A stretch of DNA of 64,000 nt. Origin: a virus. Position numbers and translations under genes: made by a program. This document shows, piece by piece, positions 47,801 to 58,523 of the stretch. The notes under the pieces are model-generated. The model had not been told where the DNA came from. It was given only the letters and a program-made list of their open reading frames with translations, and did not search any database. Location of the stretch: IMG/VR virus record IMGVR_UViG_3300047281_000098, positions 41,265 to 105,264 of that record; one strand, 5' to 3'. Each line of letters starts with the position of its first letter. Position 1 is the stretch's first letter.

Positions 47801-50800
47801 ACGCAGTAAGTTCAGGTACAGCGGGTACAGTAACAACTGCGGCACAGCCAAATATTACAAGCACTGGTACGTTGACATCATTAGCAGTCACTGGTAACAT
47901 CTCTTCAGGAAATGTTTCAGCAACAACTTTCACCGGTGCGTTAACTGGTCTTGCTTCAAGTGCGACAGTAGCAGCTAGTGCGAATGCGGTAGCAGGCGTT
48001 AATGTAAGCGGGCAAGTAGCAAACGCATTAGTAGCCGGCACTGTGTATACTGCGGCACAACCAAACATCACTAGTACAGGTACTTTAACCTCATTAACTG
48101 TTACTGGTAATATTAATTCAGGCAATGTATCAGGTGGTAACTTAGTAAGTGCTACTTATCTACAAGGGACGTTAACTACTGCTGCTCAACCAAACATCAC
48201 AAGTACAGGTACATTAACTTCATTAGCAGTTACTGGTAACATTTCAGGTGCCAATCTAACTGGTACTCATTATGGCGCAGCTACTGGACTAACTGCTATT
48301 CCAGGCGCGAATGTAACTGGTACAGTGGCAAATGCGACATACGCAGTAAGTTCAGGTACAGCAGGTACAGCAGGTACTGTAACAACTGCTGCGCAGCCAA
48401 ATATTACAAGTACAGGTACATTAACTTCATTAGCAGTAACAGGTAATATTACTTCAGGCAATGCTAATTTAGGCAATGCTGTCACTGCTAACTTCTTTGT
48501 AGGTAGCGGCCAGTATCTTACTAATTTAAATGCAGGTACTAATATTGTCAACGGAAATAGTAATGTAGTTGTCAGTCCAAATAGTAATATCACATTTGGA
48601 GTGGCCGGGGTGGCTGGTTTAGCAGTAGTTACGAGTACCGGTGCTAATATTAATGGTTATTTAACAGTAACAGGTAATGTAAGTGCCGGTAATGTTTCTG
48701 GTACACGATTTACTGGTTTACTTGCTGGATCATTGCTAACTAACGCTCAGCCAAACATTACTTCAGTTGGAACATTAAGTTCATTAACAGTTAGTGGAAT
48801 ATCTAATTTAAGTGAAGTTGGTAACATAAAAATTTCAGGTGGTAGTTTAAATACTTACTTGACAACTGACGGCACAGGCAATCTTACTTGGACATCAGGT
48901 GCGTTTAGTCCAGTAGCCGGTTCAAATACACAGGTTCAATTCAATAATAATGGTTTATTTGGTGCCAGTGCTAATCTAACATTCAACGGTAATTTATTGT
49001 CATTAGTTGGTAATATGACTGCTGGTAACGTGACTGGTGCAAATCTGATGAGCGCCAATTATGTCACTGGTACACTAACAACAGCAGCACAGCCAAATAT
49101 TACATCAGTGGGATCACTGACTAATCTAATTGTATCTGGTAATATTAACTCTGGTAATGTTGCCGGCGGCAACTTAGTAAGTGCTACTTATCTACAAGGT
49201 ACAGTAACAACTGCGGCTCAGCCAAATATTACTAGTACAGGTACGTTAAGTTCATTGGCAGTAACGGGAAATGTATCAAGTGGTAACGCTAACTTAGGTA
49301 ACTTGTTAATTGCTAATTTCTATCAAGGAACTTTAACAACTGCTGCCCAGCCAAATATCACGTCTGTTGGAACATTAAGTTCATTAGCAGTAACAGCTAA
49401 TATTCAAGCTGGTAACTTATATTCATCTGGCGTATTGCAAGTAACAGCTAATGCTAATGTTGGTAATTTAGGCACTGTTGGATTAATATCAGCAACTGGT
49501 AATATAACCGGTGGTAACTTATCAACTGCAGGCGCGCTGTTAGTAACAGGTAATGCTACTGTTGGTAATATTAGTGCTACAACACATACAGGCGGAACTG
49601 TCAATGTAACAGGTAATATCACTGGTGGTAACTTAATCACTGGTGGTCTTGCATCAGTAACAGGTAATATCACTGGTGGGAACGTAATCACTGGTGGACG
49701 CGCAACCGCAACAGGTAATGTCACTGGTGGAAATTTAGTAACGTCAGGTGCACTAAGTGTTACTGGTAACGCTAATGTAGGTAATTTAGGTACTACTGGA
49801 TTAATTACTGCGTCTGGTAATATTACTGGTGGTAATATTATAACATCTGGTTCAATATCAGTAACAGGCAACGCCTCAGTTGGTAACCTGAGCACTGTTG
49901 GGCTAGTAGTTGGAACAGGCAATATAACATCCAATGCGAATGTTGTAACAAACAATATTTTAGGCAGAACGACTGGGGTGACAATTACTGCTGTTGGTAT
50001 TGATCAAAACATCTCACTAGTCCCAACAGGCACTGGGTCAGTTGATGTCGCAAGCAAAAATATTACTAGTTTAGCAGAGCCTGTTAATGCAACAGACGCT
50101 GCTACTAAAGCATATGTAGATGCAGTTGCATCTAACTTAATTGTCAAAGCGGCATGTCAGTTAGCAACTACAGTAGCACTTGTCGCAAACTACAATAATG
50201 GAACAAGTGGTGTTAATGCGACATTAACTGCTACTACTAATGTAGTATTGCCAAATATTGATAGTTATCCTGACACTCAAGTAGGATATCGTATTCTTGT
50301 CAAGAATCAAGCAACTACTCAACAAAACGGTATTTATGTTGTTACTAGTTTAGGTGAAGCAGGAATTTCTCCTTGGATACTTACCCGGGCAACAGATTTT
50401 GACGGTAACAACCCTCTTTCAGAAATAACAGCAGGTGATTTTACTTTCATTCAAGAAGGTACTACTCAAGCAAATTCGGGATGGGCTGAGACCGCAGTAG
50501 GTACAGGTCTGCCGGGTGAATATATCATCGTAGGAACTGACCCGATAACATTTACTCAGTTTTCAGGCGCCGGAACGTACACTGCTGGCACAGGATTATC
50601 ATTAATTGGTACTCAGTTCAGTATAGCAAATACTACAATAACTCCAGCTTCATATGGTGGTTCTACTGCTATTCCTACTTTCACTGTAAATCAACAAGGT
50701 CAGTTAACAGCAGCAGGTACAGCAGCAGTCATTGCCCCGGCAGGAACGTTAACAGGTGCTACATTAAATTCAACAGTGGTGACTTCAAGCTTAACATCAG

Positions 50801-53800
50801 TTGGAACACTAGGTTCATTGACAGTAACTGCTAATATAAGTGCTGGCAATGTTAACTCTAAATTCTTTGGGGCGCTTAACGGAACTGTTGGAGCAACAAC
50901 AGCTAACACAGGTAACTTCACAACAGTTGCTGGTACTACAATAACAGGAACAGGAAATGTCACCGGCGCAAACTTAGTTACGGGCGGCGTGCTAACAGTA
51001 ACCGGAAATGCTAACGTTGGTAATCTAGGCACCACAACTGCTATTATATCTACTGCCAACATAACAACTATAAACGCAGCAACTATCAATGCGAATACTG
51101 TAATAAATGTAACTTCGTCAACTGAAGCAACAAGCACAACAACTGGTTCTATTAAGACTGCCGGCGGCATTGGTGTTGTAGGGAACGCTGTGATCGGCAA
51201 CACATTGTATGTAGGCAATGGTGCAGCGGCAACAACATTTATCAACCCTGTTATCATTGCTAAAGACACTGGAGCTACTTATGTTCAAGCAGCACTGATC
51301 AATAATTCGAACACCGGATCATCTGATTGGGTAGCATACGGGGATACAGGTACTGATTCTCAATCTTTTGTGGATATAGGATTTACTAGCAGCGCATTCA
51401 ATGACCCTGCGTATACTATCACAGGTACAAATGATGGATACGTATTCGCTCAAGGCGACACTGCTAATGTCAATGGTGGAAATTTAGTATTCGCAACTGG
51501 CTCACAAGGTACAACAAAAGACTTAGTATTCGCAACCGGTGGCTTCTTAGTCGCTAATGAGAAAATGCGTTTCATACATGCAACTGGTCAATTCTATATT
51601 GAACCTACTACTGCTGCTTCAAGTACGATAACAGGCGCATTACGTGTAGCAGGCGGAGCAGGTATTGGTGGTAACGCATACGTTGGTGGACTTTTAGCAG
51701 TCACTGGCAATATCTCCGGTGCTAACATCAATGGTACTTTCTATGGCGCAGCAACTGGACTAACTTCAATCCCGGGCGCGAATGTAACTGGTACTGTACC
51801 ACTTGCTGCAAGTGCTACTTCAGCTACCACAGCAGGAACAGTAACAACTGCTGCTCAACCAAATATCACTTCAACTGGTACTTTAACTGCTCTAGCAGTA
51901 ACCGGCAATATATCAGGTGCTAACGTAACCGGTACTCATTATGGCGCAGCTACTGGACTAACAGCTATCCCAGGTGCTAACGTAACTGGTACTGTTCCGC
52001 TTGCTAATGTTGCATCATTCGATTCAATCACTACAGTGGCAACCGGCGTCGTATATGCCCAGTTCTCTAATACTGTTTCAGGCACTGCGATTGCATATGC
52101 TAACTCTGTTTATACTGCTAATATAGCCAATGGATCATTTACAGCAACAAGATTCGTTGGTGCGTTAACTGGTCTTGCTTCAAGTGCAACAGTAGCTGCT
52201 TCTGCAAATGCAGTGGCAGGCGCCAACGTAAGTGGACAAGTAGCAAACGCATTAGTTGCGGGTACTGTTTATACTGCTGCCCAACCAAATATCACAAGTA
52301 CAGGAACTTTGACTGCTTTAGCAGTAACAGGTAACATCTCAGGTGCTAACATCAATGGTACTTTCTATGGCGCAGCAACTGGACTAACTTCAATCCCGGG
52401 TGCGAATGTCTCTGGTACTGTACCACTTGCTACTACAGCAGGTACAGTAACAACTGCTGCTCAACCAAATATCACATCAGTTGGTACTTTAACTTCGTTA
52501 GTAGTAACTGGTAATGTCACATCAGGTAATGCTAATTTAGGTAATTTACTAATTGCTAACTTCATTCAAGGGACATTAACAACTGCTGCTCAACCAAATA
52601 TCACATCAGTTGGTACTTTAACTTCGTTAGTAGTAACTGGTAACATCGACGGGGCTAACATAACAGGTACTCATTATGGGGCAGCTACTGGATTAACTTC
52701 AATCCCGGGTGCTAATGTATCTGGTACAGTAGCCAATGCGACATACGCAGTAAGTTCAGGTACAGCAGGTACAGTAACAACTGCCGCACAATCAAATATT
52801 ACTTCAGTTGGAACTCTGACGAGTTTAAGTGTTAATGGTGGCATAACTGCAATTAATATCACTGCTAATACAGGTGTATTTACGGGTAACGGCTCTAGTT
52901 TATCAGCGATAGCAGGTGGAAATGTAACTGGTCAAGTTGCTAATGCGCTAGTAGCGGGTACAGTTTATACTGCGGCACAACCAAATATTACATCAGTTGG
53001 AACTCTAACTTCATTAAGTGTATCAGGTAATGTTAATGGTGTTCGTGCTACTTTCACAGCGACGGCGGCTCCAACTACTGATATGGTTTCCATAACTAAT
53101 GCAGGCCAAGCAGTAGCAACAGTAGGTGTAAGTGGATTACAAGTGACTTATGTGGGCGGTGCTGCAGCAATTGAAGCATCGGCTAGTAGAATTGATCTGA
53201 CTCCGGGTGGAACTACTGGTGGTATTTGGAATGGACATAGAATTGTAGCAACAGCATCAACTACTGGGGTCGCAGTGAATGCGATTAAAGTTGATACTAA
53301 AGCAGCAGGATTAGGCACAAGTTCAGTTATCTATTCCGGTACTGGGTGGGATAGTATTGTCAACTACAATGGCACCACTGTTATAAATGGAACAGGACAA
53401 GTAGTTGCTGGTCAAATAACTGGACAAGTAGCAAACGCATTGGTGGCAAGTACAGTTTATACTGCTGCGCAACCAAATATTACTTCAGTTGGAACTTTAA
53501 CTGCTCTAGCAGTAACCGGCAATATATCAGGTGCTAACATAACAGGTACTCATTATGGCGCAGCAACTGGATTAACTTCAATCCCGGGTGCGAATGTAAC
53601 TGGTACTGTTGCTAATGCGACATACGCAGTAAGTGCAGGTACAGCAGGTAGTGCTACTACAGCAGGTACAGTAACAACTGCTGCGCAACCAAATATTACT
53701 TCTATAGGCACGTTGACTTCATTGAGTTCATCAGGTAACATCTCAGGTGCTAATGTAGCAGCTACCACATATACTATTCATGGAGTAACTACTGGGATTT

Positions 53801-54087
53801 CAGCAGCAGGATCGACTCAAGGTACTGGTACTGTATTAACTAAGCAGATAAATATTGTTCCTACAGTAGCCGCGGGACAAGGTGTTGTATTGCCCGTTGC
53901 TGTAGCAGGTATGATTATCTTTATTACTAATACCAGTGCTAATACATTATTAGCGTATCCTGCATCAGGTGGAACAATAAATACATTGGCGTTGAATGGA
54001 GCATTATCAATGCCAGCTGGTTCTACTTTACAGTACTTGGCACCTACTACTACTCAGTGGTACACGGTTGGGGCAACATACGCTTAA
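44803..54087 (+). CDS. giant (3094 aa) tail fibre/appendage protein
   Basis: about 30 AAQPNITS(V/T)GTL repeats, GNITGGNL repeats, DAATKAYVD motif, fibre-type RILVKNQ...QNGIY domain. Confidence 0.85.
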   Translation: MAQNNIDFGTFPDDPSADAIRTAFQKVQDNFDQVFAVTTGASVTSVNKTPGVGITVSSPIGDVVVSANIACVQVSTSSLSIGRGSNGGTSTSITASSQILVIDINPTNVFSNSFAAVGGGLANITGKLTVAANAQPNITSVGTLTTLAVSGNISAGNVAATTFTGNFTGNATTAGTVTTAAQPNITSVGTLTSLVVTGNITSGNANLGNLARANFIQGTLTTAAQPNITSTGTLSSLAVTGNVTSGNANLGNLLIANFHQGTLTTAAQPNITSVGTLTALAVTGNVTSGNANLGNLSIANFIQGTLTTAAQPNITSVGTLSSLAVTGNISGANLTGTHYGAATGLTAIPGANVTGTVANATYAVSSGTAGSATTAGTVTTAAQPNITSVGTLTALAVTGNVTSGNANLGNLSIANFIQGTLTTAAQPNITSTGTLTALAVTGNISGANITGTHYGAATGLTAIPGANVTGTVANATYAVSAGTAGTVTTAAQPNITSTGTLTALAVTGNITSGNANLGNLLIANFIQGTLTTAAQPNITSTGTLSSLAVTGNISAGNVSATTFTGAFTGNSTTAGTVTTAAQPNITSVGTLTSLAVSGNITSGNVSATTFTGALTGLASSATVAASANAVAGANVSGQVANALVAGTVYTAAQPNITSTGTLTSLSVTGNISAANVNAATFGAHNGTVGASTPNTVAATSITATTTIAATGNLSGANINTAGVLSVTGNANVGNLGTAGLIVATGNITGGNLVTAGNLSVTGNAIITGNLSAAVFTGAGTGLTFLPGANVSGTVANATYAVSSGTAGSATTAGTVTTAAQPNITSTGTLTALAVTGNISGANINGTFYGAATGLTSIPGANVTGTVPLAASATTAGTVTTAAQPNITSTGTLTALAVTGNISGANITGTHYGAATGLTSIPGANVSGTVANATYAVSSGTAGTVTTAAQPNITSVGILTSLAVTGNISGANVTGTHYGAATGLTSIPGANVSGTVANATYAVSSGTAGTVTTAAQPNITSTGTLTSLAVTGNISSGNVSATTFTGALTGLASSATVAASANAVAGVNVSGQVANALVAGTVYTAAQPNITSTGTLTSLTVTGNINSGNVSGGNLVSATYLQGTLTTAAQPNITSTGTLTSLAVTGNISGANLTGTHYGAATGLTAIPGANVTGTVANATYAVSSGTAGTAGTVTTAAQPNITSTGTLTSLAVTGNITSGNANLGNAVTANFFVGSGQYLTNLNAGTNIVNGNSNVVVSPNSNITFGVAGVAGLAVVTSTGANINGYLTVTGNVSAGNVSGTRFTGLLAGSLLTNAQPNITSVGTLSSLTVSGISNLSEVGNIKISGGSLNTYLTTDGTGNLTWTSGAFSPVAGSNTQVQFNNNGLFGASANLTFNGNLLSLVGNMTAGNVTGANLMSANYVTGTLTTAAQPNITSVGSLTNLIVSGNINSGNVAGGNLVSATYLQGTVTTAAQPNITSTGTLSSLAVTGNVSSGNANLGNLLIANFYQGTLTTAAQPNITSVGTLSSLAVTANIQAGNLYSSGVLQVTANANVGNLGTVGLISATGNITGGNLSTAGALLVTGNATVGNISATTHTGGTVNVTGNITGGNLITGGLASVTGNITGGNVITGGRATATGNVTGGNLVTSGALSVTGNANVGNLGTTGLITASGNITGGNIITSGSISVTGNASVGNLSTVGLVVGTGNITSNANVVTNNILGRTTGVTITAVGIDQNISLVPTGTGSVDVASKNITSLAEPVNATDAATKAYVDAVASNLIVKAACQLATTVALVANYNNGTSGVNATLTATTNVVLPNIDSYPDTQVGYRILVKNQATTQQNGIYVVTSLGEAGISPWILTRATDFDGNNPLSEITAGDFTFIQEGTTQANSGWAETAVGTGLPGEYIIVGTDPITFTQFSGAGTYTAGTGLSLIGTQFSIANTTITPASYGGSTAIPTFTVNQQGQLTAAGTAAVIAPAGTLTGATLNSTVVTSSLTSVGTLGSLTVTANISAGNVNSKFFGALNGTVGATTANTGNFTTVAGTTITGTGNVTGANLVTGGVLTVTGNANVGNLGTTTAIISTANITTINAATINANTVINVTSSTEATSTTTGSIKTAGGIGVVGNAVIGNTLYVGNGAAATTFINPVIIAKDTGATYVQAALINNSNTGSSDWVAYGDTGTDSQSFVDIGFTSSAFNDPAYTITGTNDGYVFAQGDTANVNGGNLVFATGSQGTTKDLVFATGGFLVANEKMRFIHATGQFYIEPTTAASSTITGALRVAGGAGIGGNAYVGGLLAVTGNISGANINGTFYGAATGLTSIPGANVTGTVPLAASATSATTAGTVTTAAQPNITSTGTLTALAVTGNISGANVTGTHYGAATGLTAIPGANVTGTVPLANVASFDSITTVATGVVYAQFSNTVSGTAIAYANSVYTANIANGSFTATRFVGALTGLASSATVAASANAVAGANVSGQVANALVAGTVYTAAQPNITSTGTLTALAVTGNISGANINGTFYGAATGLTSIPGANVSGTVPLATTAGTVTTAAQPNITSVGTLTSLVVTGNVTSGNANLGNLLIANFIQGTLTTAAQPNITSVGTLTSLVVTGNIDGANITGTHYGAATGLTSIPGANVSGTVANATYAVSSGTAGTVTTAAQSNITSVGTLTSLSVNGGITAINITANTGVFTGNGSSLSAIAGGNVTGQVANALVAGTVYTAAQPNITSVGTLTSLSVSGNVNGVRATFTATAAPTTDMVSITNAGQAVATVGVSGLQVTYVGGAAAIEASASRIDLTPGGTTGGIWNGHRIVATASTTGVAVNAIKVDTKAAGLGTSSVIYSGTGWDSIVNYNGTTVINGTGQVVAGQITGQVANALVASTVYTAAQPNITSVGTLTALAVTGNISGANITGTHYGAATGLTSIPGANVTGTVANATYAVSAGTAGSATTAGTVTTAAQPNITSIGTLTSLSSSGNISGANVAATTYTIHGVTTGISAAGSTQGTGTVLTKQINIVPTVAAGQGVVLPVAVAGMIIFITNTSANTLLAYPASGGTINTLALNGALSMPAGSTLQYLAPTTTQWYTVGATYA

Positions 54088-54099
54088 TAGAAAGATAAA

Positions 54100-54720
54100 A
54101 TGATAACATTAGAACTACTAGCGGCAATATGCCCTAATACTAAAAGAACAGTTTTAGAAAAATATGTTGATTCTTTAAATGAAGTTGCTGAATATTATGA
54201 TATGACTAAGAATCCAGCAAGACTTGCTAGTTTTTTAGCACAAGTAGCACACGAAAGTGGAGGATTTAACGCAGTGAAAGAAGGATTAAATTACTCTGCT
54301 CCCGGTTTACGGGCTACTTTTGGTAAATATTTTCCAACAAACGAAATGGCCATGAGTTACGCAAGAAAACCAGAGTCAATTGCTAATAGAGTATATGCGA
54401 ATCGCATGGGCAACGGGTCAGAAGAATCAGGTGATGGCTATAAATTTTGTGGTCGAGGCCTAATTCAACTAACTGGGCGCGATAACTACACCAAGTTTGC
54501 TAACGATCTAAGTATGAGTATTGAAGAAACTGTTGACTATTTACAAACTCCTGAGGGAGCATGTGCTAGCGCCGGGTGGTTTTGGGATAATAATAACTTA
54601 AATTCATATTGTGATAGAAATGATTTTACGGGTTTAACTAAACGAATCAACGGCGGCATTAATGGTCTAGCAGATAGAAAACATCATTTTGACATAGCGT
54701 TAAATATGTTACAAGGATAA
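54100..54720 (+). CDS. glycoside hydrolase family 19 endolysin
   Basis: FLAQ..HES, YANRMGN, GRGLIQLTGRDNY, INGG.NGL.DR. Confidence 0.92.
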   Translation: MITLELLAAICPNTKRTVLEKYVDSLNEVAEYYDMTKNPARLASFLAQVAHESGGFNAVKEGLNYSAPGLRATFGKYFPTNEMAMSYARKPESIANRVYANRMGNGSEESGDGYKFCGRGLIQLTGRDNYTKFANDLSMSIEETVDYLQTPEGACASAGWFWDNNNLNSYCDRNDFTGLTKRINGGINGLADRKHHFDIALNMLQG

Positions 54721-54722
54721 AC

Positions 54723-57206
54723 ATGTCACAACCAATTTGGAACACAGCAGCAGGAACATTAGGATCATATCCAACACGTATACCATTAGAGGTTCAATTA
54801 TCTGCCTCACCTCAGTTTCCTGCTACAAGTTTGATTTATAACTTGCTAAGTGGTAGCTTACCGCCGGGGCTTATAATTTCAGTTACTGGGCTTATATATG
54901 GTATTCCCTTGCTAGTAACGACGGATACATCATCTACATTCACTATACGAGTAACTGATGATTTAAATAATATAAGAGATAGAACATTCTCAATGACTAT
55001 CTCAGGTTCAGCTATCCCTAAATTTACGACTCCAACTGGCAGCTTATTAAATACTCAGGATAGTATTTGGACTGACCTACATATTAACTATTCGAATATA
55101 GATGTTACTAATCAAGTAATAGTAAGACTGAAGGAAGGGATACTTCCTCCAGGTCTCGAAATTAATACTGCGGGTATAATACGAGGTTATCCATTGCCAC
55201 CTACTGCTAGTGTAACTTTATCTGAAGTAACAACACTCTCTACCGTAACAACTTCTACACAAAATATAATAGTATGTTCGAGTACTACTGGATTTTCAGT
55301 GGGAAGACCAGTTATATTCACTGGCACAGTATTTGGTGGTATAGTGTCGGGCACTACTTACTATATTAAATCAATAGAAAGTGCTATATCCTTTACTATA
55401 TCTAGTACTCAATATGGAAATATTTTCTCAGTAGTAGATGGTACTGGATCGATGACAACTACACTGACCACTACCTCAGTTGGTATGCCAACAATCAGAA
55501 CATATTCATTTACTTTAGAATTAGTAAGTGATTTAGGTGGTGATACCGCTGCATACTCTATAACAGTTATAAATCAAAATACACCTATTAGTCAAGGTGG
55601 CCCGGGTAAATTAGCAAATTCTCGCTCACCTACACTATTGAATACCAGACCACTTACGTTTAATCTAGTAAATTCTGACCCATATTATGGCTATTACTTA
55701 TTACCACCGGTAACTCCTACACAGATAGCACAGATTGGAACTGTACAGTCCGGTGACTATTTCGCATTTAATATCATAGGACATGATTTTGATAACAATG
55801 TAATACAATATACTTATTCTAATCTCCCACTAGGATTAATAGGTAATAGCACAACTGGATGGATAACTGGCACACCAGTATTAACATCGACTGGTATTAG
55901 TAGCTATAGTTTTACTGTAAGTGCTTATAAAGTTAATTCCCCTACTATAACAACTGGTAATTTTAAATTCGGCTTAAATGTTAGTAATCAAATTAATGGT
56001 GTAATAACTTGGATTACTCCGGCTAATTTAGGAATTATATTCAACGGTACTATTAGTACATTAAGCGTGTTGGCTGATTCTGATGTGGATTTGTCATATC
56101 GTATTACATCAGGCAATCTTCCTACTAATTTAGAATTATTATCAAATGGTGAGATTATAGGCAGAGTATCAAATCAGCCCACTAGTGAATTCTTAGTTCA
56201 AGGTGACACAACCTTATTCACATTTACTGTTCAAGCATACTCTCTTGCTTATTCAATAGTCCAGTCAAGTAAGACATTTGTGATGACTGTCTTACAAGAA
56301 TATCAACAGCCAACTGATATTCTATATATTAAAGCAGCACCTAGTATTTCAGATAGAAATCTAATTGACTCACTGTTGACTAATGAAACAATCATACCTA
56401 ATGATGATATTTATAGAATAGATGATATCTACTTTGGCAAAGCCTCATCAGTTATATATGAACACGCATACGGGATATACGCAAGTGATATAACTTCTTA
56501 CCTAGTAGCAGTTACTAAAAATCACTATTGGAGAAATATCGTATTGGGTGAATTGAAGACCGCAATTGCTAAAAATGCCGCTGGTGATGTTATTTATGAA
56601 GTAGTTTATAGTGAAGTAATAGATAATTTAGTAAACCCAGATGGTATCAGTATTAATAGTCGCATATATTGGGATAATTTAATCGATCTAGGATTAGGAC
56701 CGTGGTATACAAGTATCACTGACATATACACTAGCTATGACTTTGAAGTAAACGGATTACCGACATACTATACAAGTTTGACCCCGGGATATGCCAGAGT
56801 TTTATATCCAAATAGCTTATATAACATGAGAAATCGTGTATCTGAGGTAATTGGGCAAGAGTATGATAGTAGATTATTACCACAGTGGATGACTAGTCAG
56901 CAGCCAAACGGGAGTACACTGGGTTATACTCAGGCCTGGGTTATTTGTTATACTAAACCGGGTCGAGCAGATAAGATTAAATCAAACATAGAAACTATGT
57001 GGCCTAATACATTGAATCAAATCAATGTTGGAATTGATAGATTTACAGTAGATAAGAGCGCAACGTTTGACTACGACAAACATATGCAGCCTGCTGCTTG
57101 GACAAATTTACCAAGCTCAGTACCTACTCCTAATCCACTAGATAGTAAAGACTTTTACGTATTATTTCCTAGAAAAACAATTTTACCCGATGAAACCCAA
57201 TACTAA
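54723..57206 (+). CDS. virion protein with tandem Ig-like (He_PIG-type) domains, probable baseplate component
   Basis: repeated SG.LP.GL....G.I.G.P motifs. Confidence 0.7.
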   Translation: MSQPIWNTAAGTLGSYPTRIPLEVQLSASPQFPATSLIYNLLSGSLPPGLIISVTGLIYGIPLLVTTDTSSTFTIRVTDDLNNIRDRTFSMTISGSAIPKFTTPTGSLLNTQDSIWTDLHINYSNIDVTNQVIVRLKEGILPPGLEINTAGIIRGYPLPPTASVTLSEVTTLSTVTTSTQNIIVCSSTTGFSVGRPVIFTGTVFGGIVSGTTYYIKSIESAISFTISSTQYGNIFSVVDGTGSMTTTLTTTSVGMPTIRTYSFTLELVSDLGGDTAAYSITVINQNTPISQGGPGKLANSRSPTLLNTRPLTFNLVNSDPYYGYYLLPPVTPTQIAQIGTVQSGDYFAFNIIGHDFDNNVIQYTYSNLPLGLIGNSTTGWITGTPVLTSTGISSYSFTVSAYKVNSPTITTGNFKFGLNVSNQINGVITWITPANLGIIFNGTISTLSVLADSDVDLSYRITSGNLPTNLELLSNGEIIGRVSNQPTSEFLVQGDTTLFTFTVQAYSLAYSIVQSSKTFVMTVLQEYQQPTDILYIKAAPSISDRNLIDSLLTNETIIPNDDIYRIDDIYFGKASSVIYEHAYGIYASDITSYLVAVTKNHYWRNIVLGELKTAIAKNAAGDVIYEVVYSEVIDNLVNPDGISINSRIYWDNLIDLGLGPWYTSITDIYTSYDFEVNGLPTYYTSLTPGYARVLYPNSLYNMRNRVSEVIGQEYDSRLLPQWMTSQQPNGSTLGYTQAWVICYTKPGRADKIKSNIETMWPNTLNQINVGIDRFTVDKSATFDYDKHMQPAAWTNLPSSVPTPNPLDSKDFYVLFPRKTILPDETQY

Positions 57207-57214
57207 ATAGATAT

Positions 57215-58243
57215 ATGAGTACAATAAACACATCAGGCGTCAACGTAAACTATCCGGTCCCGGGCATTAATAATAACAGCCAGGGATTTCGAGACAACTT
57301 CGCCTCTATCAAAACAAACTTAAATGCCGCAGGAACTGAGATAACGGACTTGCAAAATAAGGTTATAGTTAAGTCTGCGTTAGCTAATTCTACTATTAAT
57401 AATGACATGGCTAACACGCTAATGTCAAACACATTAACTCGTGGATTTCGGGCAAGTACATATAATCTTGGTAACGCATTATCAGGTACTGTATTAGTGG
57501 ACGCCTCATTGGGTGATGTACAATACGGGACTATTGCAGGTAACGTTACTTTACAATTCGCAGGGTGGGCACCCGCCGGGACACAAAGTAATGTTCAATT
57601 ACAGTTAGCAGTATCTAACGCAAGTGCTGTAGTATCATTCCCATCGTCAATATCAAGTAATGCTTGTTTTGGTGTTACTACATTAGAAAACTATGCTAAT
57701 ATAGCAAGTATAGCTACTGTTAGTGTTCCTTATTCAGTATGTCAGTTGGATTATCGTCTTAGTACAGTAGATTGCGGCGGCAATGTTTCAATCGAACCAT
57801 ACAACAGACCTAGAAAAGCTACTGAAATACGCACAAGAACTCCAGCACCAACTGGATTTCAAGGTGATGTTGCTGGTACAGTAACAGTCGATACTAATTA
57901 TATGTATGTTTGTACTGGTACATACGATTCAGGTAATGGTAATACTATATCCAAAACTGCCACAGCAACCGCAACTGGTACTAATCTTGTTACATTGAAT
58001 AATATAACGAGCCTAGTAGTTAATGCTCCTATTATCTTTACTGGGACTACTTTTGGTGGAATCGTAGCTGGCACAGTATACTATATAAAATCTATTGCGT
58101 CACCTAATATTACGCTAAGTGATACACGTACTGCGGGCACTGCTGGATCAGTATTTCCGCTTAGCACTTCATCTGGTTCAGTGACAGCAGACAGTTTTAA
58201 CGGTTCAGTAATTTGGAAGAGAATCGCGCTTACTGCCTGGTAA
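57215..58243 (+). CDS. tail/baseplate structural protein
   Basis: NSQGFRDNF..IK N-terminus, shared beta module, C-terminal WKRIALTAW. Confidence 0.65.
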   Translation: MSTINTSGVNVNYPVPGINNNSQGFRDNFASIKTNLNAAGTEITDLQNKVIVKSALANSTINNDMANTLMSNTLTRGFRASTYNLGNALSGTVLVDASLGDVQYGTIAGNVTLQFAGWAPAGTQSNVQLQLAVSNASAVVSFPSSISSNACFGVTTLENYANIASIATVSVPYSVCQLDYRLSTVDCGGNVSIEPYNRPRKATEIRTRTPAPTGFQGDVAGTVTVDTNYMYVCTGTYDSGNGNTISKTATATATGTNLVTLNNITSLVVNAPIIFTGTTFGGIVAGTVYYIKSIASPNITLSDTRTAGTAGSVFPLSTSSGSVTADSFNGSVIWKRIALTAW

Positions 58244-58288
58244 TACTTAGAAAAATATCAAGGGGTTGTTTCTGTAATAAATATTTAC

Positions 58289-58522
58289 ATGGAACACCCC
58301 TTTATCCACGACTTATCTGATAAGTCGATTGAAGATTTACAAACTACTATTTCTGACCTGACAGGTAAGCTTAATTTTGCTTATAGAATGGGTAATCAAC
58401 CAATGGTAAATCAACTACGAATGGCTATAACCAGTTATCAAGTTGAATCTAGTAAGCAAATGGATGCTTTACTCGCTAAACAAAATATTAACTCTCAAAT
58501 TAATATCAAAAAAGAAACTTAA
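58289..58522 (+). CDS. small coiled-coil hypothetical protein
   Basis: 77 aa; TAAATA 5 nt upstream. Confidence 0.65.
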   Translation: MEHPFIHDLSDKSIEDLQTTISDLTGKLNFAYRMGNQPMVNQLRMAITSYQVESSKQMDALLAKQNINSQINIKKET

Positions 58523-58523
58523 T

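Noticed and set aside
45204-53768. Long minus-strand ORFs within the giant fibre (also 42868-43500 and 15681-16226)
   Set aside because: Antisense shadows of repetitive, codon-biased genes; low-complexity Val/Pro/Ala or Leu/Ser translations without start signals.
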